64,000 nucleotides of DNA, from contig CDMY01000227.1 of NCBI GenBank assembly GCA_001179505.1, positions 124,001 to 188,000 on the forward strand. The letters run 5' to 3'. The notes under the pieces were generated by a model. It saw nothing but the letters and a program-made list of their open reading frames with translations. It was not told the DNA's origin and made no database searches. The DNA is from Vitrella brassicaformis CCMP3155. Lineage: Eukaryota > Protista > Chromerida. Position 1 is the stretch's first letter; each line of letters starts with the position of its first letter. Below, piece by piece: positions 25,684 to 38,586 of the stretch. The translations under genes were made by a program, and so were the position numbers.

Positions 25684-26130
25684 NCCCCCCCCCCCCCCCC
25701 ACCCCCTGCCCCTCCGTCTACTTCCCTCCCTCCCTCCCCTCCCCTCCCGCCCTCTCTTCCTGTAGATCAGCCAGCGAGAGTCTGCATGACTGTATGGGTG
25801 TGTGTGTGGCTGGGCGTATATATCGACCGTTGGAAGGACCGGTGTTGTAATATAACAAATGTTGCAGGCAAGACGCACTGACGGATAATAGCCATCATGT
25901 CATCGTTATTGACGAGATCCACACACTTGCATGCGTCGTCCTTTCCATTCGTCAACGGCCGACAGATCCTTTCGCAGCATCGATCAGTCGTGCGGCCGCG
26001 GTGAAAGCATCCCCAAATCACGGCGGCATGATTCGGAGTTGCTCGACACACGGCGATCCACGGCCCATCGATGCAACGCAAGAATCCGCCACGTAGCACG
26101 TCGCACAAACGTCAGCAGGCAGGAACAAGG

Positions 26131-29100
26131 TCACGTGTCCAGGCAGGACCACTTGGATCGACACACGGCAGCAGCACGTCGCACGGGACGGCGGCAATCA
26201 TCCAACACCTTACTCAAATCACGCAAAACCTGCACACACACACGACAACACAAGCAGCAACAACGAAATCACGTGTGTGGATCGCGTGTGTTGGTCTGGC
26301 CTGCGCCTGTGCCCCCCTCGCTCACCTTAGTCTCATATTTGCGTATCTGCAGGTACGGCTTCTGGCTGATGAGCATGAGCCCCTCCACGGCCAGCAGTCG
26401 TGCACCAGCCTGCGGGCCCCTCACCGCCACCCACAGCAGACCATCCACCAGGCTCCCCAGCTCCTCATTCACAAAGTCAACGGGCGAGGAACCCTTCCTC
26501 TCCCCATCCACTGCTGGCGGCCCCGGTACCCTCACGGCCGCCGGCCTGGTCTGCTGCTCTAGTTTCAGGCAGGCCAGCAGGAGGAGCACCACGCGCACAC
26601 TCAGCCCCTCAGTCACTTCTGACACCAGCTGGGACTCCTCGCTAGGCGGCTCTCCCTCTCCTCGCCTCTCCTTGGCGGACGAGGATACCGTCTTGGCGAG
26701 ACGGATGGAGTGGGGGGCGTCGACGGCATCATCTGAGGGTGCTGCTGGTGGTGATGGTCCTGGGCTGATGCCGGTGGAGGTAGGGGTTGCGTCAGGGCTG
26801 CCTGTGGGAGGGAAGAGGGGCACCCGGCGTGTGGCGAGGTCCATCCCGTTCAGCACCGTCAGCCTCAGCGCATCAGGAAAGTCATTCACCACGGTCTGGA
26901 TCGGCAGCCTCGCCAGCATGGCAGCCACGCACGCCACCCCCGCCAGATGCAGCTGTGGCGGCAGCAGGAAGGCATGCAGCTTCGCCATGGCCTTGTGGCA
27001 CACCTTCTGCAGCACATAACCCGACACCTCGCTCGCACTGTCGCTCCCCGACTCCAACGGCAGCGGGCACAAAATGTTGAATGCGATGGGGGCTGCGAGG
27101 GCGGCGTAGGGGTCGGCCCGGCTGCTGGAGTCCAGGAGGCTTGTGAGGCCGTCCAGGAACCTCATGGCCGACTTGCGTGACTGCGGCGAGGCTGCGGGGG
27201 CCGCCTGTCGGATCCAGAGGGCCTTGGTGACCTGCCCGTAGCACCTGACGCCGCTGTGCAGCCTCTCCAGTGTGTGATGGCAGGCCTCGTCGTGCCGCCG
27301 GTGCTCCTCATTCTCCTGGTGGACAGTCTCCTTGAGCTCCCTGTCGATTCTCTCCAGCAGAGGCGTCAGCCTCTCCTCGCTGCTGCACCGCACCGCCGCG
27401 CCGATCGTCCGCAAAGCATCCGTCTTGACGTCCTTCGTGGAGAGCTCGGCCAGGTACTGCGCCTCAGCCGTCGAGAGCGCCCCATTCGGGATTTCCTCGT
27501 CGGGCTGCCCCTCTTCTTCGAAGCAGATGGCGAGACACAGCTGCACCAGGGGGGTCATCATGCCCCCGGCAGCCGTGCCTTCAGGCACCGCCTTCAATGA
27601 AGGGGGGAACAGGTGGGGCACCACCTTGAGGAGCACCATGCGATGGAGGGAGGCTTGGGAAGAGGCATCTGGCGGCTTGAACAGCAGCTCGAGCACCGCT
27701 GACATGATCTCCGCTTGTCGATCAGGGCTGCTTCTGGTTTCGAAGGCCTCGACCAGCGCCTGAAGCAGACGTCCGGTGCTCATCAGGAGCCTCTCGGCTT
27801 CGGGCGAGAGGCTGCCGCTGACCGACTGCTTTGCAATCGTCGGGCGGAAAGATGGCAGCGTCAGAATCTGCTGGAACCACGAGGGGCCGAGCTGCTTTGC
27901 TACGCCGTCGGCAAGGGGAGAGCCTCCCGATCGCTGCAGTGCCTCCGTCAGTGTCTGCTGGCCGAGCGTGAGGACCTCAATGGCCGATGGCGGAGCGGCC
28001 GGACTCTCCTGCATCATCGACGCCACCCACTCCCGCAGAAAAAACCTGAAGGATGCGAGCAGCAGGTCGTCTGTGCCGCCAGAAGAGGGTGAAGAGAGAA
28101 GCTCCTTGGAGAGCGCCAGGCCGATCCTCAAGGCCTTGATGGCCGTCTCCTCATCTCCTTCCACGACGGTCTCCTCACCGCCATTTCTTGCCGCCTGTCC
28201 GTTGGCCGTCACCCCGGTTGCAGCAGCGGCTTTGTAGATGTGTTGGAAGCCCTTGTAGAGGCACGACAGCACGGGCACCACCAGGGACCGGTAGACCTCC
28301 TGGTGTGAGCACCGGATGCCCTCCATCGCTGTGAGGATGGTGATCAAGAAGTGGTCGTCGGCCGCCGACTGCTGGTCGTGGTCAAAGAGAAAGGCCGTCG
28401 AGCTGAGCCGGACGAAGGTCCTCATGTGGTCCTTCAGGCGCCCAATGCAGCTTTCGTCGATCGCCACTTTGGTGGCAAACAATGCGTCCTCGTCCTCACC
28501 ACCCTCCTGGTCGCCGCTGTCTTGGTCTCCCCCCTCCGCACAGACACCTGGCGCGTCGCTGGAGGGTGGTGCCGGCAGCGGCAGTATCCTCAGCATGGCC
28601 CGCACCACGGTGGCCACGTGCCTGTCGGGTGTGGACGAGATGGCCGCCAGCTGGCCGATCAGCCGCCACACGAGGAAGCCGATCGTGTCGTGGTCGCCCT
28701 CGCTCCCTCCAGGCGTCTCTTTCACGTCTCTCTGGAGGTACGTCACAGCCCCCTTGCTGCCCTCATCCTCCCTCTCCAGCACACGCAGCAGCTCGCATTG
28801 CAGACGCAGCCCCTCCAGCGGCAGCCGACGGCTGTATGTCCACTGGCTCGACCCCCTGGCCGCATCGACGTGCAGCGCCTCACCGCTGCCGAGCGTCTTG
28901 GAAAGGTAGTCGAGCAGCAGCCGGATGCTCGACCAGTCCACCGTGCAGCGGCCGCATGATGTGGTGGCATCCTCAGTGGGCTCGTCTGCCTTGTTTTGTT
29001 GCTGCTGCAGCATGACCGTGACGCGCTGCACGGCCTCGTCGAAGGTGAAGGTGAGGACATGGAAGAAGGCCACGGGAGAGGACGCCGCCGCGGCGAGGAG

Positions 29101-30659
29101 CAGCTCCTCACACACCTTGATCTGGCTGGGTGTGGGCTCCTTGCCTTTGTTCTCCTGCTCGTCGCCGCCGCTCTTGGTCATGACGGCCCACACCTTCTTG
29201 AGCGACGGCGTCAGCAGCTCCTCGAACCAAGGAGGCGTCATGCCCGCCGGCAGCCCGCTCGTGGCCACGCGCAGCACGTCACGCCAGAGGCCGATCAGCT
29301 TGTTGCGGTAGCTGCACTCGTTGTCGATGATCTCGAATTTGAGGAAGTCGAAGAGTGCGGGGAGGTGGGTCCGGGTGGCCTCGCTGCCGTACTGCTCGCA
29401 GCAGAAGACCAGGGCCTCGATGGTCTCGTTGCGCGTGTCGCAGGTCTGCTCGCTGTCGGCCCGGAGTGAGTCGATGAAGAAGGGGATGACCTCCTTGGCC
29501 AGACGGGGGTGACACGCCAACGTCAGCTTGAGCTCTCTCTTGAGCATCTCCTCTGCACACACACACACACACACACAGACAGACACACACACACACACAT
29601 CCACACACATCCACAGACGCACAGCCATGAGCACCTGAATAATGTGTCAGCCAGTGGGTGGCTCTTCCTTCCTTGACTGACCGGTGATCTGGTTGGGATC
29701 GTTGGGCGGCGGTGTGAATGAGATGGGGAAGTAGAGAGTAGTGACGTCGCTGATGACGAGGGCGGTCTCGGCGCCGATGAGGTCCTCATACTTGGTCAAG
29801 AGCAGCCGCAGCAGGGGGAAGGTCAGGACCAGGTTCCGGGGGTCCTTCTCGTCCTCGATCTGACTGCACACCTCATTACCTGCATCACATCACAGCACGA
29901 CACACACTTCACTTTCACTCACGGCCCATGCCATGCGTTTGTTTCATTTGAGCATGCCATGCACGTGTGCTGTCTCCGATGGATGTACCCTAGGTACCTA
30001 CCCAGCTTGAATTCGAAAGACCTCATCTCTTCCTCATACTCTGTCAGCAGCAGAGTGAGGACCTGACGGACGGACGCGCAAACACAACACACAGTTTGTT
30101 TGCCCACTCCACTCCACTCCACTCGCCTACCCCGACACCGACAAACTGACTGACTGACCTCGATGAGTATCTTCCGGATGCTCTGAGCGAACGACGGTCC
30201 ATGAACCTTCGAGAAAACCGCCTGCGCGATGTTTTTGACCACCTCCTGCCCCTTGTCCCTGTCGTCGTCAATCAGCACGCCCCGGTAGGACCTCAGGATG
30301 GCCCTGAACGTGACTAGTGCACCCTCCACACTGTACCAATCCTCCAGCCTCTCGGAGAAGAACGAAACCACCGTGTCGAGGTGCTTCCAGTTGACTCGCA
30401 GCCGCGGGCACTTGGTGAGCACCTCCCCGATGAGCAGTGCCGACCGGCGACGCTCCTGCGCGATGGAGCTGGTGAGTCCCTCCTGCAGGACGAGCACGAG
30501 ATCGAGGAGGGACTTGCTGCCGCCTCCCACGGCGAGGACAATGCCATTGATAGCTTCGAGGTGGTTGGCGGCCGGCAGATCTGGGTCGATGTAGGACGAC
30601 ACGGCACTCTCGAACGCCATCGGCGTGGCGGACAGGCCTATCACGCCTTCTTCAGTCAT
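26131..30659 (-). CDS. MMS19: MMS19 (cytosolic Fe-S assembly targeting-complex scaffold, HEAT repeats)
   Basis: LLDLVLVLQEGLTS...ERRRSALLIGEVL, FFSERLED, IEDEKDPRNL, YFPISFTPPPNDP, and terminal exon VLRDLSKVLDDCRRPVRRAAAVCRSKW...* (stop 26133-26131). One very large exon of about 3.2 kb. Confidence 0.9.
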
Positions 30660-31078
30660 CGGCAGCGAACACGAGCGATCTGGATGTCAAATGGCGCGTG
30701 ACACCATGGGAGATCTTGCGAAAGGCCCCTTTCTTCCACTCCCCCTTTCGCGGCTCGCGATCGCGACACATGCAGCCTTCTGCAATGGGGCTGTGGGAAG
30801 GCCACACGGTGACTGCGAGAGGTCCAGTTAATGACATGAACAAGTCGTAAGTCGTGCCGATGTATGGCAAAAGGAGAGCCGATCGGTCAGGCACATGAGG
30901 GCACATTACAAGCTGTCGGACCACAGGATGATGCAATGCAACCTTTCAACAAATGCTAGCATACACTCACTCGGACAAAACGGTGACCGAGCAATAGGCA
31001 TGCAGGCCTGCACGACAGACACGGACGCATCATGATGAAGTGGGGAAGCTGTCCCCTGTTCGGCGGGCAGCCACCACA

Positions 31079-32074
31079 TCACAGGAGCTGGTTTGCAGTG
31101 GCTGCGGGCAGCTGCACCTCAAGACCTGACCGACACACATACACCCAACAGACACCACACCATCCTGTCCGCATGTCGGCAAATGAATTGAATTGGTGAG
31201 CTGTGCTGTGCTGCCTGGCCTGACTGAACTGACTGACCATCGTGTTCGGCGGTGAGTTTGAGCTGGCAGCCTAACCGTGACCTGAACGAATCCACACCAC
31301 AACCAGGAGAATAAGTGTGTGTGTGTGTGCTCGGGTGTCTGCAGCACGTAGCGTACGTGTCTTCGTCCATGTCGAGTGCCATGTCAAGCATGTCCAGCTC
31401 GTTCTCGTCCGGCTGGGGGAACTTGTCAAACATGTCCTTCTGCATACCCCATACCCCACCCAGCAACCATACATACCAACACACAACACACACATGTACA
31501 GTACAGCGCCATGCCATGTGCAACGCAACGAGAGGGGCTCAGCTCACTCACTCACTCCGCCCGCCTGCCTGTCTGTCTGTCCTGTCCTTGTGTGTGTCGT
31601 GTCACACGATACGCACGTTCTTGATGTAGATGTGGCACGTGGAGCATGCACACTGCCCCCCGCATGCGCCCTCGATGTCCACGTCGTTGTCCTTGGCCAC
31701 CTTGAGAATCGTCATGCCAGCCTGCATACAGTACACCGCACACACCACCTATCCCATGCACACAGACCTCAACCCCCGCATCGATGAGTGTGCTCTCCCG
31801 CTCCGCTCACCCTGTACTCGCACTCCCATTTCTTGCTGCCATCGCTGCTGACAAACGTCATCGAGTAGAGCCCCGCAACACCCGTGCTCGTCTTCTCCGT
31901 GCTGAAACGCCGCCTCCCCGGCAAAGCTCCCATCCGCCTTGGCTGGCCGCAGAAGGGACCATGGTCGCTGAGCAGACCCGCTGGCCGAGTGAGATGCCGC
32001 ACCATCTGCCTGTTGCATTGCAGATCAGAGCAAACGATTCTTCTCTTCGTTGTCGCCAAACATCTTCGAAGCAT
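31079..32074 (-). CDS. Mitochondrial [2Fe-2S] ferredoxin (adrenodoxin/Yah1-like)
   Basis: Presequence MLRRCLATTKRR...RRRFST. Spliced motifs DIEGACGGQCACSTCHIY, ENELDMLDMA, SRLGCQLKLT and LEVQLPAATANQLL*. Confidence 0.92.
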
Positions 32075-32429
32075 CCTTTCAAAGAGAAAAGATCACTTCT
32101 TATTCTCTCCAGCGTCCCTCCTCGCCTCGTCTGGGCAATGTGCCGTGCCCTTTCTAAAGTCAGATCTTTCCTGAGCAACGGTTTCCGAAAGCACCCTAAG
32201 CGCCCGACGGACTCGGAATGTAAGAAATGGAGATTCTTGCTTCCGTCCTTGAAAAGTGCTGGATTGTTGCTTCATTGCCTGCGCAATTGGTCATCAATTG
32301 AAGCTGTTTACCAAGAGACGCGCTACTGCATGCCTCTCCTTTTCATCTGAATGCACCCAGTCATCCAATGCGCGCACGTGTGGCGATCTCATCGCTCATT
32401 CCATGTCTCAGCACGTGGCGGCCCCCCAC

Positions 32430-32822
32430 TCAAATCAACACGTATACGAGTGAATACACTGCCAGCAAATATAAAATGTAGGCAGCAATGATACATAAGG
32501 CACACTGTCTCTGCGGATGGTCGGCGGCGAGCCCCTCCTGCGTCCCATACACCATTTTATCCCACCTCCCACCGTGGCACCCCTCATCCAGCCCCGGGTT
32601 ATGCGTCGGCAGCCGCTCCACCGGCATGACGTTCCGGATGCCGCCGCCGCAGGGGTGCTGCTTCGAGGAGTCGTCGAGGCTCTTGAAGTAGGTGCGGGGG
32701 TAATAGTCATCTTCCAGCCCCATCAAGTCGTACTGCGGCGCGTCACGGTACTCGTATGGCTGCAGCCCCCTCCTGATGCCCTCCGCCGACCTATAGCAGT
32801 CCTCCACACGGTACGATGACAT
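32430..32822 (-). pseudogene. Truncated duplicate of the 5' end of the adjacent pseudokinase
   Basis: MSSYRVEDCYRSAEG...GGRWDK is near-identical to 34581-34294, then diverges into unrelated sequence and stops at 32430 with no kinase lobes. Confidence 0.6.
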
Positions 32823-34702
32823 AAGCAATGTGGGAAACAGGATCCCTTCACGCCGCTGCAGCCCGAGGGCCTGGTACACACGCTGGCATGGCCGCTGCTA
32901 CCTTCTATGTGTCGCTCTTAGAGCTCCCTCAAGGAAAAAGGCGGTCGGCGCGGCACCGGGGGTTGGCAGTGGCGCGGGGGCCTCACACACAGCTGGCGGC
33001 GGCGAGAAGAGAATTCTGACAGACAGACAGACAGACAGACGTCCATCAACATACATACATTAACATATTATGTACTGGATCGATGGATGGATGCACGTGT
33101 GTGTGTGTGTGTGTACGTGTGTACCATGACTCGCTGAAAAGCTGAGCCAGCGATGGCCTCATTGCCGGGTCTGGGTGACAGGCCCGGCCAAGAAACTCCT
33201 CTGCTTCTTTCGTTATGGGGCGGCTGCCATGCCAGAAGAGGATCTCCTCCACAGCCCGCCTGACATGACATCCACAAGATACGATACATGGTCAAATGTG
33301 CAACGTTCAAGCGACGCGACGTGTGTTGGTGCGGTGCGTGTTCATCATACATACGTACCCGAGTATGTAGACCGTGGCCTTGTCGGCATCGACGGTGGCC
33401 GTCCACCCCGTCATGGCCTGCACAGGCAGACCAGACGGACATCGGTGGTGCAGTGCACTGAAGTGTTCTGTGTGTGTGTGTGTGTGTGGGTGTGTGCGCG
33501 TGTGTGTACCTCTGGCGGCGTGAAGGCGTGATGGGAGGTCTTGCGGGCGGCGGCGCTACTCACACGGCCCTGCACGCGTCAGCCAGGACGGGACGACATG
33601 ACAGAAATAAATGCAGCCACACACGCAAATGAGTCCGTCCGTATGCACCAACAAACATCTGTCTGTCTGTCTGTCTGTCTGTGTCACCCACCTGGCTGAT
33701 GGGCACCATATTGCGGACGTCCGCGAACTTGATGGTGCCGTCCTTGCTTATGACAAATTGGCTGAGACACACCACCCTGACACACAGAGCAGACAGACAT
33801 TTTGTATGTATGTATGGGTGCATTTATTCATTGATTGATGTCGGTCGGTCGGTTTGTCTACACGGCACGTCAGTTAAGTGCATGTGTGATGTATGTGACT
33901 CACGGTTTGTATTTGCCGAGGTCCAGGAGCTCCTTGTGTGCCACCAGGAGGTCCCTTGCCCACTTTGCCGCTTGCTGCTCAGTGATGGAGGTCGTGCCGC
34001 CGCTCAGGCGCGTGGCGAGAGCGGGGCACTTGCGATAGTGGTACGACTGAATGAATGGATGGATGCATCACACACACACACACATGCAGAAAAGTAGTGA
34101 ATGAGGCTTGCTCATTCTGTCTGCCTCCCCTCCCTCCCTCCCTCCCTCCCACTTACGCATCTGAGGGTCACAAAGGGCTTCCTGCCCTGCCGCCGCGCGG
34201 CGTCGAAAACACCGACCTCGTCCATCAGCGACGGCAGCTCATCTTCGCCGGTCTTGAAGAGCGTCTTTTGGGCCACGAGGGTGCTGCTGCTGCCCATTCT
34301 ATCCCACCTCCCGCCGTGGCACCCCTCATCCATCCCCGGGCGCAGCCAGCTCATCGAGTTATGCGTCGGCAGCCGCTCCACCGGCATGACGTTCCGGATG
34401 CGCCGCTGCAGGGGTGCTGCTTCGAGGAGTCGTCGAGGCTCTTGAAGTAGGTGCGAGGGTAATAGTCATTATCCAGCCCCATCAAGTCGTACTGCGGCGC
34501 GTCGCGGTACTCGTATGGCTGCAGCCCCCTCCTGATGCCCTCCGCCGACCTATAGCAGTCCTCCACACGGTACGATGACATAAGCAACGTGGGAAACAGG
34601 ATCCCTTCACGCCGCTGCAGCCCGAGGGCCTGGTGCACACGCTGGCATGGCCGCTGCTACCTTCTATGCGTCGCTCTTAGAGCTCCCTCAAGGAAAAAGG
34701 CG
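32552..34702. repeat. Direct tandem segmental duplication: 32552-32943 and 34294-34702
   Basis: About 390 bp of near-identity. The second copy has an 18-nt insertion and a 1-nt deletion relative to the first. Confidence 0.92.
33000..34581 (-). pseudogene. Degenerate protein-kinase-fold gene (pseudokinase) with apparent frameshift near 34400
   Basis: Subdomain-like segments after splicing: LVAQKTL (VAxK), QAAKWARDLLVAHKELL, FVISKDGTIKFADV (DFG replaced), HHAFTPPE (APE), KATVYILG (DxWxxG), ITKEAEEFLGRACHPDPAMRPSLAQL. No HRD motif. The 5' frame is broken by a 1-nt deletion relative to the duplicate. The 3' end is approximate. Confidence 0.6.
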
Positions 34703-34886
34703 TCCGTCCAAAGAAAGGGCAGGGAGGGGAATGAAATTTCAAAAGAAAGAGAGAACCGGAGCGTCTCGTCGAGAATTTGTGGCTAGGATTCTCGCTTAAA
34801 ACAGCACCTGGGTGGATGGTGACGGCCGGAGAAGGGCAAGCAGGTGCACGTCTGACGCCTATGGTCACCAGACGCGTCCCGGGAAA

Positions 34887-34895
34887 AAGCTCGCA
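34887..34895 (-). promoter_or_regulatory. Candidate promoter motif TGCGAGCTT (reverse strand)
   Basis: Lies between the pseudokinase and malQ. Confidence 0.4.
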
Positions 34896-35024
34896 CTGAG
34901 GGGATTGCGCGCTCGCTGGGAGGAGCGTCCTAAGTTTGTGACTCAGTTACGCATACTTGCGTGTGAGAAGACAGCCAATTTCGGCCACATCTACATCCCT
35001 GCTTTCCTTGACCAGAGAGAAAGA

Positions 35025-36923
35025 ATGCCTCAGGAGACCCCCCTCCCCCGCGCGGCTGGCGTTGTGCTGCACCCCACGGCGCTGCCGAGCCGCTATGGTG
35101 TGGGCGACATGGGCCCGCCCGCCTACGAGTTCGTCGACTTCCTCGTCAAGTCGGGCCTCAAGTACTGGCAGGTCCTCCCCCTCGGCCCGACCGACGCCGT
35201 CATGGGCCACTCGCCATACATGACCCTCAGCACCTTCGCCGGCAACCCGCTGCTCATCAGCCCCACCAAACTCGCCGAGGCGGGCTACCTCAACCACAGC
35301 GACCTCACGCCCCTCCCACCCGCAGGACCAGGCAAGGACGCCACACACATCGACTTCGACGCGGCAGTGCCCCACAAGATGAAGCTCTTTCGCAAGTCGT
35401 TTGAGCACTTCAAGGGCCAGGGCGGGCTCAGTTCGCGGCGGTTCGTCGACTTCAGCAAGGCGCAGGGCAGCTGGCTCGACACCTTCGCGCTCTTCATGGC
35501 GCTGCGGGACGTCTACCCCGGCCAGACGTGGAACGAGTGGCCGCGGGAGCTGCGGCTGCGGACGACGAGTGCCCTCAAGGAGGCGGCGGCGACCCATTCG
35601 GATAGCGTCAACTTCCACAAGTACCTCCAGTTCATGTTTTTCGAGCAGTGGGGTGCCTTGAAGCGGTACGCCAACAGCAAGGGCGTGTCGATCTTCGGGG
35701 ACGTGTCCATCTACGTCAACGGCGACAGCAGCGACGTGTGGGGCAGCCCCGAGGAGTTCGACCTCCACCCCGAGACCAGGGAGCCGCTGGGCATGTCGGG
35801 CGTGCCGCCAGACTACTTCAGCGCCACTGGACAGCTCTGGGGACACCCTGTCTACAACTGGTACACACACACACACACACACACACATCTTTGTCGTATC
35901 GCACACTCATCATATCATCCGTGTGTCTGTTTTGGGTGCCTGCCTTGGTGTGGTGCAGGGCAGAGGCGGAGCGCAACGGGTTCAAGTGGTGGGTGGACCG
36001 ATTCCGCACGACCATGGAGCTGGTCGACCTCATCCGCATCGACCACTTCCGCGGCTTCGAGGCCTTCTGGCGCGTCGACGCACAGCACGCCAAGAAACAC
36101 CAAAACGCAATTGAGGGCGAGTGGGTCAAGGCGCCGGGGTGGGCCCTCTTCGAGACCATCGCCACACAGCTCGGCTGGAAGGAGCCCGGCCGGGCGTGCG
36201 AGCCCTTCGAGCTGCCCGTGTGTGCAGAGGACCTCGGCCTCATCACTCCCGAGGTGGAGGCGCTGCGGGACCATTTCGGGTTCCCGGGCATGAAGGTGCT
36301 GCAGTTCGCCTGGGGGGGCGACAGCAGCAACATACACCTGCCGCACAATGTGGCCGACAACAGTGTGGTGTACCCCGGCACGCACGACAACGACACGGCG
36401 CTGGGGTGGTGGCAGCGGGCAAGCGACAAGGACAAGCAACACGTCGCCGAATACACTGGTGGGGTGGGGTGGACGGGGCGAGAAAAGGCGGAAAGAAACC
36501 ACACACGCGCAATCAACACATGGCGGTAGTGTTGGTGCGCGTGATGAGATGCGTGTTGATTGTATTTCGCCAGGGTTGGGGTCTCCCGCGAGCGTGAGCG
36601 AGCCGTCGTGGCTGCTGATCCGGATGGCTTTCGCGAGCCGCGGTCGGCTGGCCCTCGCGCCGCTGCAGGACTTCCTCTCCCTCGACAACACGGCCAGGTT
36701 CAACCTCCCAGGCAGCTTCATCGCCGAGAACTGGTCATGGCAGATGCCCTCCACACACTGCCTCACCTCAGCACTCGCGCAGAGGATCCGGCGGCTCACC
36801 GAGCTCTACGGCCGCGAGCAGCCAGTGGCCGCGCAGCCGCCACCGCCAGCCAAGAGTGAGCAGCAGGCCAGTGCCGCTGGGGTGGCGGAGACCAGGAAGG
36901 TCGGCGGGCGGAGGGATGCCTAG
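35025..36923 (+). CDS. malQ: 4-alpha-glucanotransferase / amylomaltase (GH77, MalQ/DPE1-type), 3 exons
   Basis: Exons 35025-35860, 35959-36458 and 36574-36923. Motifs RAAGVVLHPTALP, WQVLPLGPT, SPY...STFAGNPLLISP, GVPPDYFSATGQLWGHP, catalytic RIDHFRGF, AEDLG and YPGTHDNDT, and C-terminal RFNLPG...NWSWQM. Confidence 0.95.
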
Positions 36924-37011
36924 GTCTGTCTGTCTGGTTTGGATGGATGGACGGGGGCGATTTAGAGGGAGGGAAGGGTGAGTGATGCCTGTTTTAGGCA
37001 CACCACACCCG

Positions 37012-37042
<31 letters not shown>

Positions 37043-38586
37043 GTGGCCTGGCCGCTTCTGGCGCAGCGCGTGTTGGTCGGTTGGTTGGTGGTGGAAATTC
37101 TTCTCTTTTTCTCGGGGTTGGTGTGATCGAGAGACTGACTATAAGAGAGGACATGGCATGCATGGGATGGCCGTGGGGCAATCGATACGTGTGTGTACCG
37201 TGCCTTGCGTACTCGTTGGCACTGGAAAGGACGAACCCTGCTGATGTCTGTCTGTCTGCTGGCTGAATGAATGCCTGACTGACTGACTATGTCCGTTGCT
37301 TGCGCCTGTGCATGAAGCGACAAGCATGTCGAGTAGAGTGTGTGTGGCTCGCTGATGGTGCCGAGGGGGAGCCCCGCGATGTGCCAGACCATCATTGAAG
37401 GGCGCCGCCTCGTCACCGTGGACAAGCCACGCACACTCTGCCACTGTTCCTGAAGACAGACAGACACACTTGACTCGAATCGCAGAAAGAATGTCATTGA
37501 TATCAATACTCACATAAATGGATGGATGGATGGATGGACGGACGGACGAGCCGCACTACACACTGTGTGGGTGGGGTGACTCCTCCCTCCCTCTATAGTC
37601 ACATACATACATACCTGCACATCACATTGATTCAATCAATGGCCGGCTTTGCTCACTTGCAATGAGCTCCGCTCCCACATACTCACTTCACTCCAGCCTG
37701 CTCGTCTTTGTTCATAGCGCATGCCATGCCGTGGTAACCCCTTTCTCGTGGGGGCCGGAGGGTTGGTTGGTTGGCTGGGCCCACATGGCATGGCATTCCA
37801 TTCACTCTCTCGCCTCACCTCACTCACTGTCTGAGGTGGGGATGGAAGCATGGAATGAATGGCGCGGGGGGCGGCTTTCTAAGTAGGACGGGTACGGACA
37901 GATGTCTCTGTGTACAGATGAGATGAGATGGATGGGTGGAAGGTTTAACGGAGGGGACACGATTGGCGGTCTGTCCGTCCGTCGTCATGCTCCCTCCCTC
38001 TCTGCTGGCCTCTCGACTGATGGGTCTTTCTCTTCCATTATCTATGACCTGATGCGTGGCACCCGGCCATCTACACACCATGCACCACCCACTAACTTTC
38101 ACAGGAGAGAGGCGTCACGCTTGTGTGTATACAGGGAATGTGGCTGGCAAGCCGGCTGGCGGATTGACGAAAGCTGCGTGTGCCAGCCCCGCCCCGGTCC
38201 CCGTCCCATCCCATGGAGGTGTGTGTCATTCATTACTTACGCCATGGAGGGAGGGGTGCGTGTGTGTGTTCGTGTAATGAATGCCTTTGATGCGGCGAAA
38301 GTGAACTGCTTTTTGGTCGCCCGCGAACAGCATGACGGCATGGATGGACGGACGATGGACAGAGATACCCTACCCTTATTGACGTGCAATGATGAACATT
38401 TGCTGGCAACAGTGAGCAACTAACAGTGTCACAACCAACCATGTCTGTCGCCCACGTCCCTCCCTATGCACTGCACACAATACTCACTCACACGCGAACC
38501 GACGCTCACGGACACACACACAGACGTGCACGTGACGTAGATATCTACACGCGAAGAAGGTCAAATCTAGTTGACCAGTCAGTTAA

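Noticed and set aside
34812-35024. 71-aa in-frame extension upstream of the MalQ ATG
   Set aside because: It starts at a GTG with no ATG, has no signal-peptide character, and overlaps the divergent promoter containing the TGCGAGCTT motif.
37139-37513. Exon-like segments with GT/AG boundaries on the - strand between malQ and IFT139
   Set aside because: No coherent ORF or family motif could be assembled. It may be UTR or non-coding sequence and is unsupported without RNA data.
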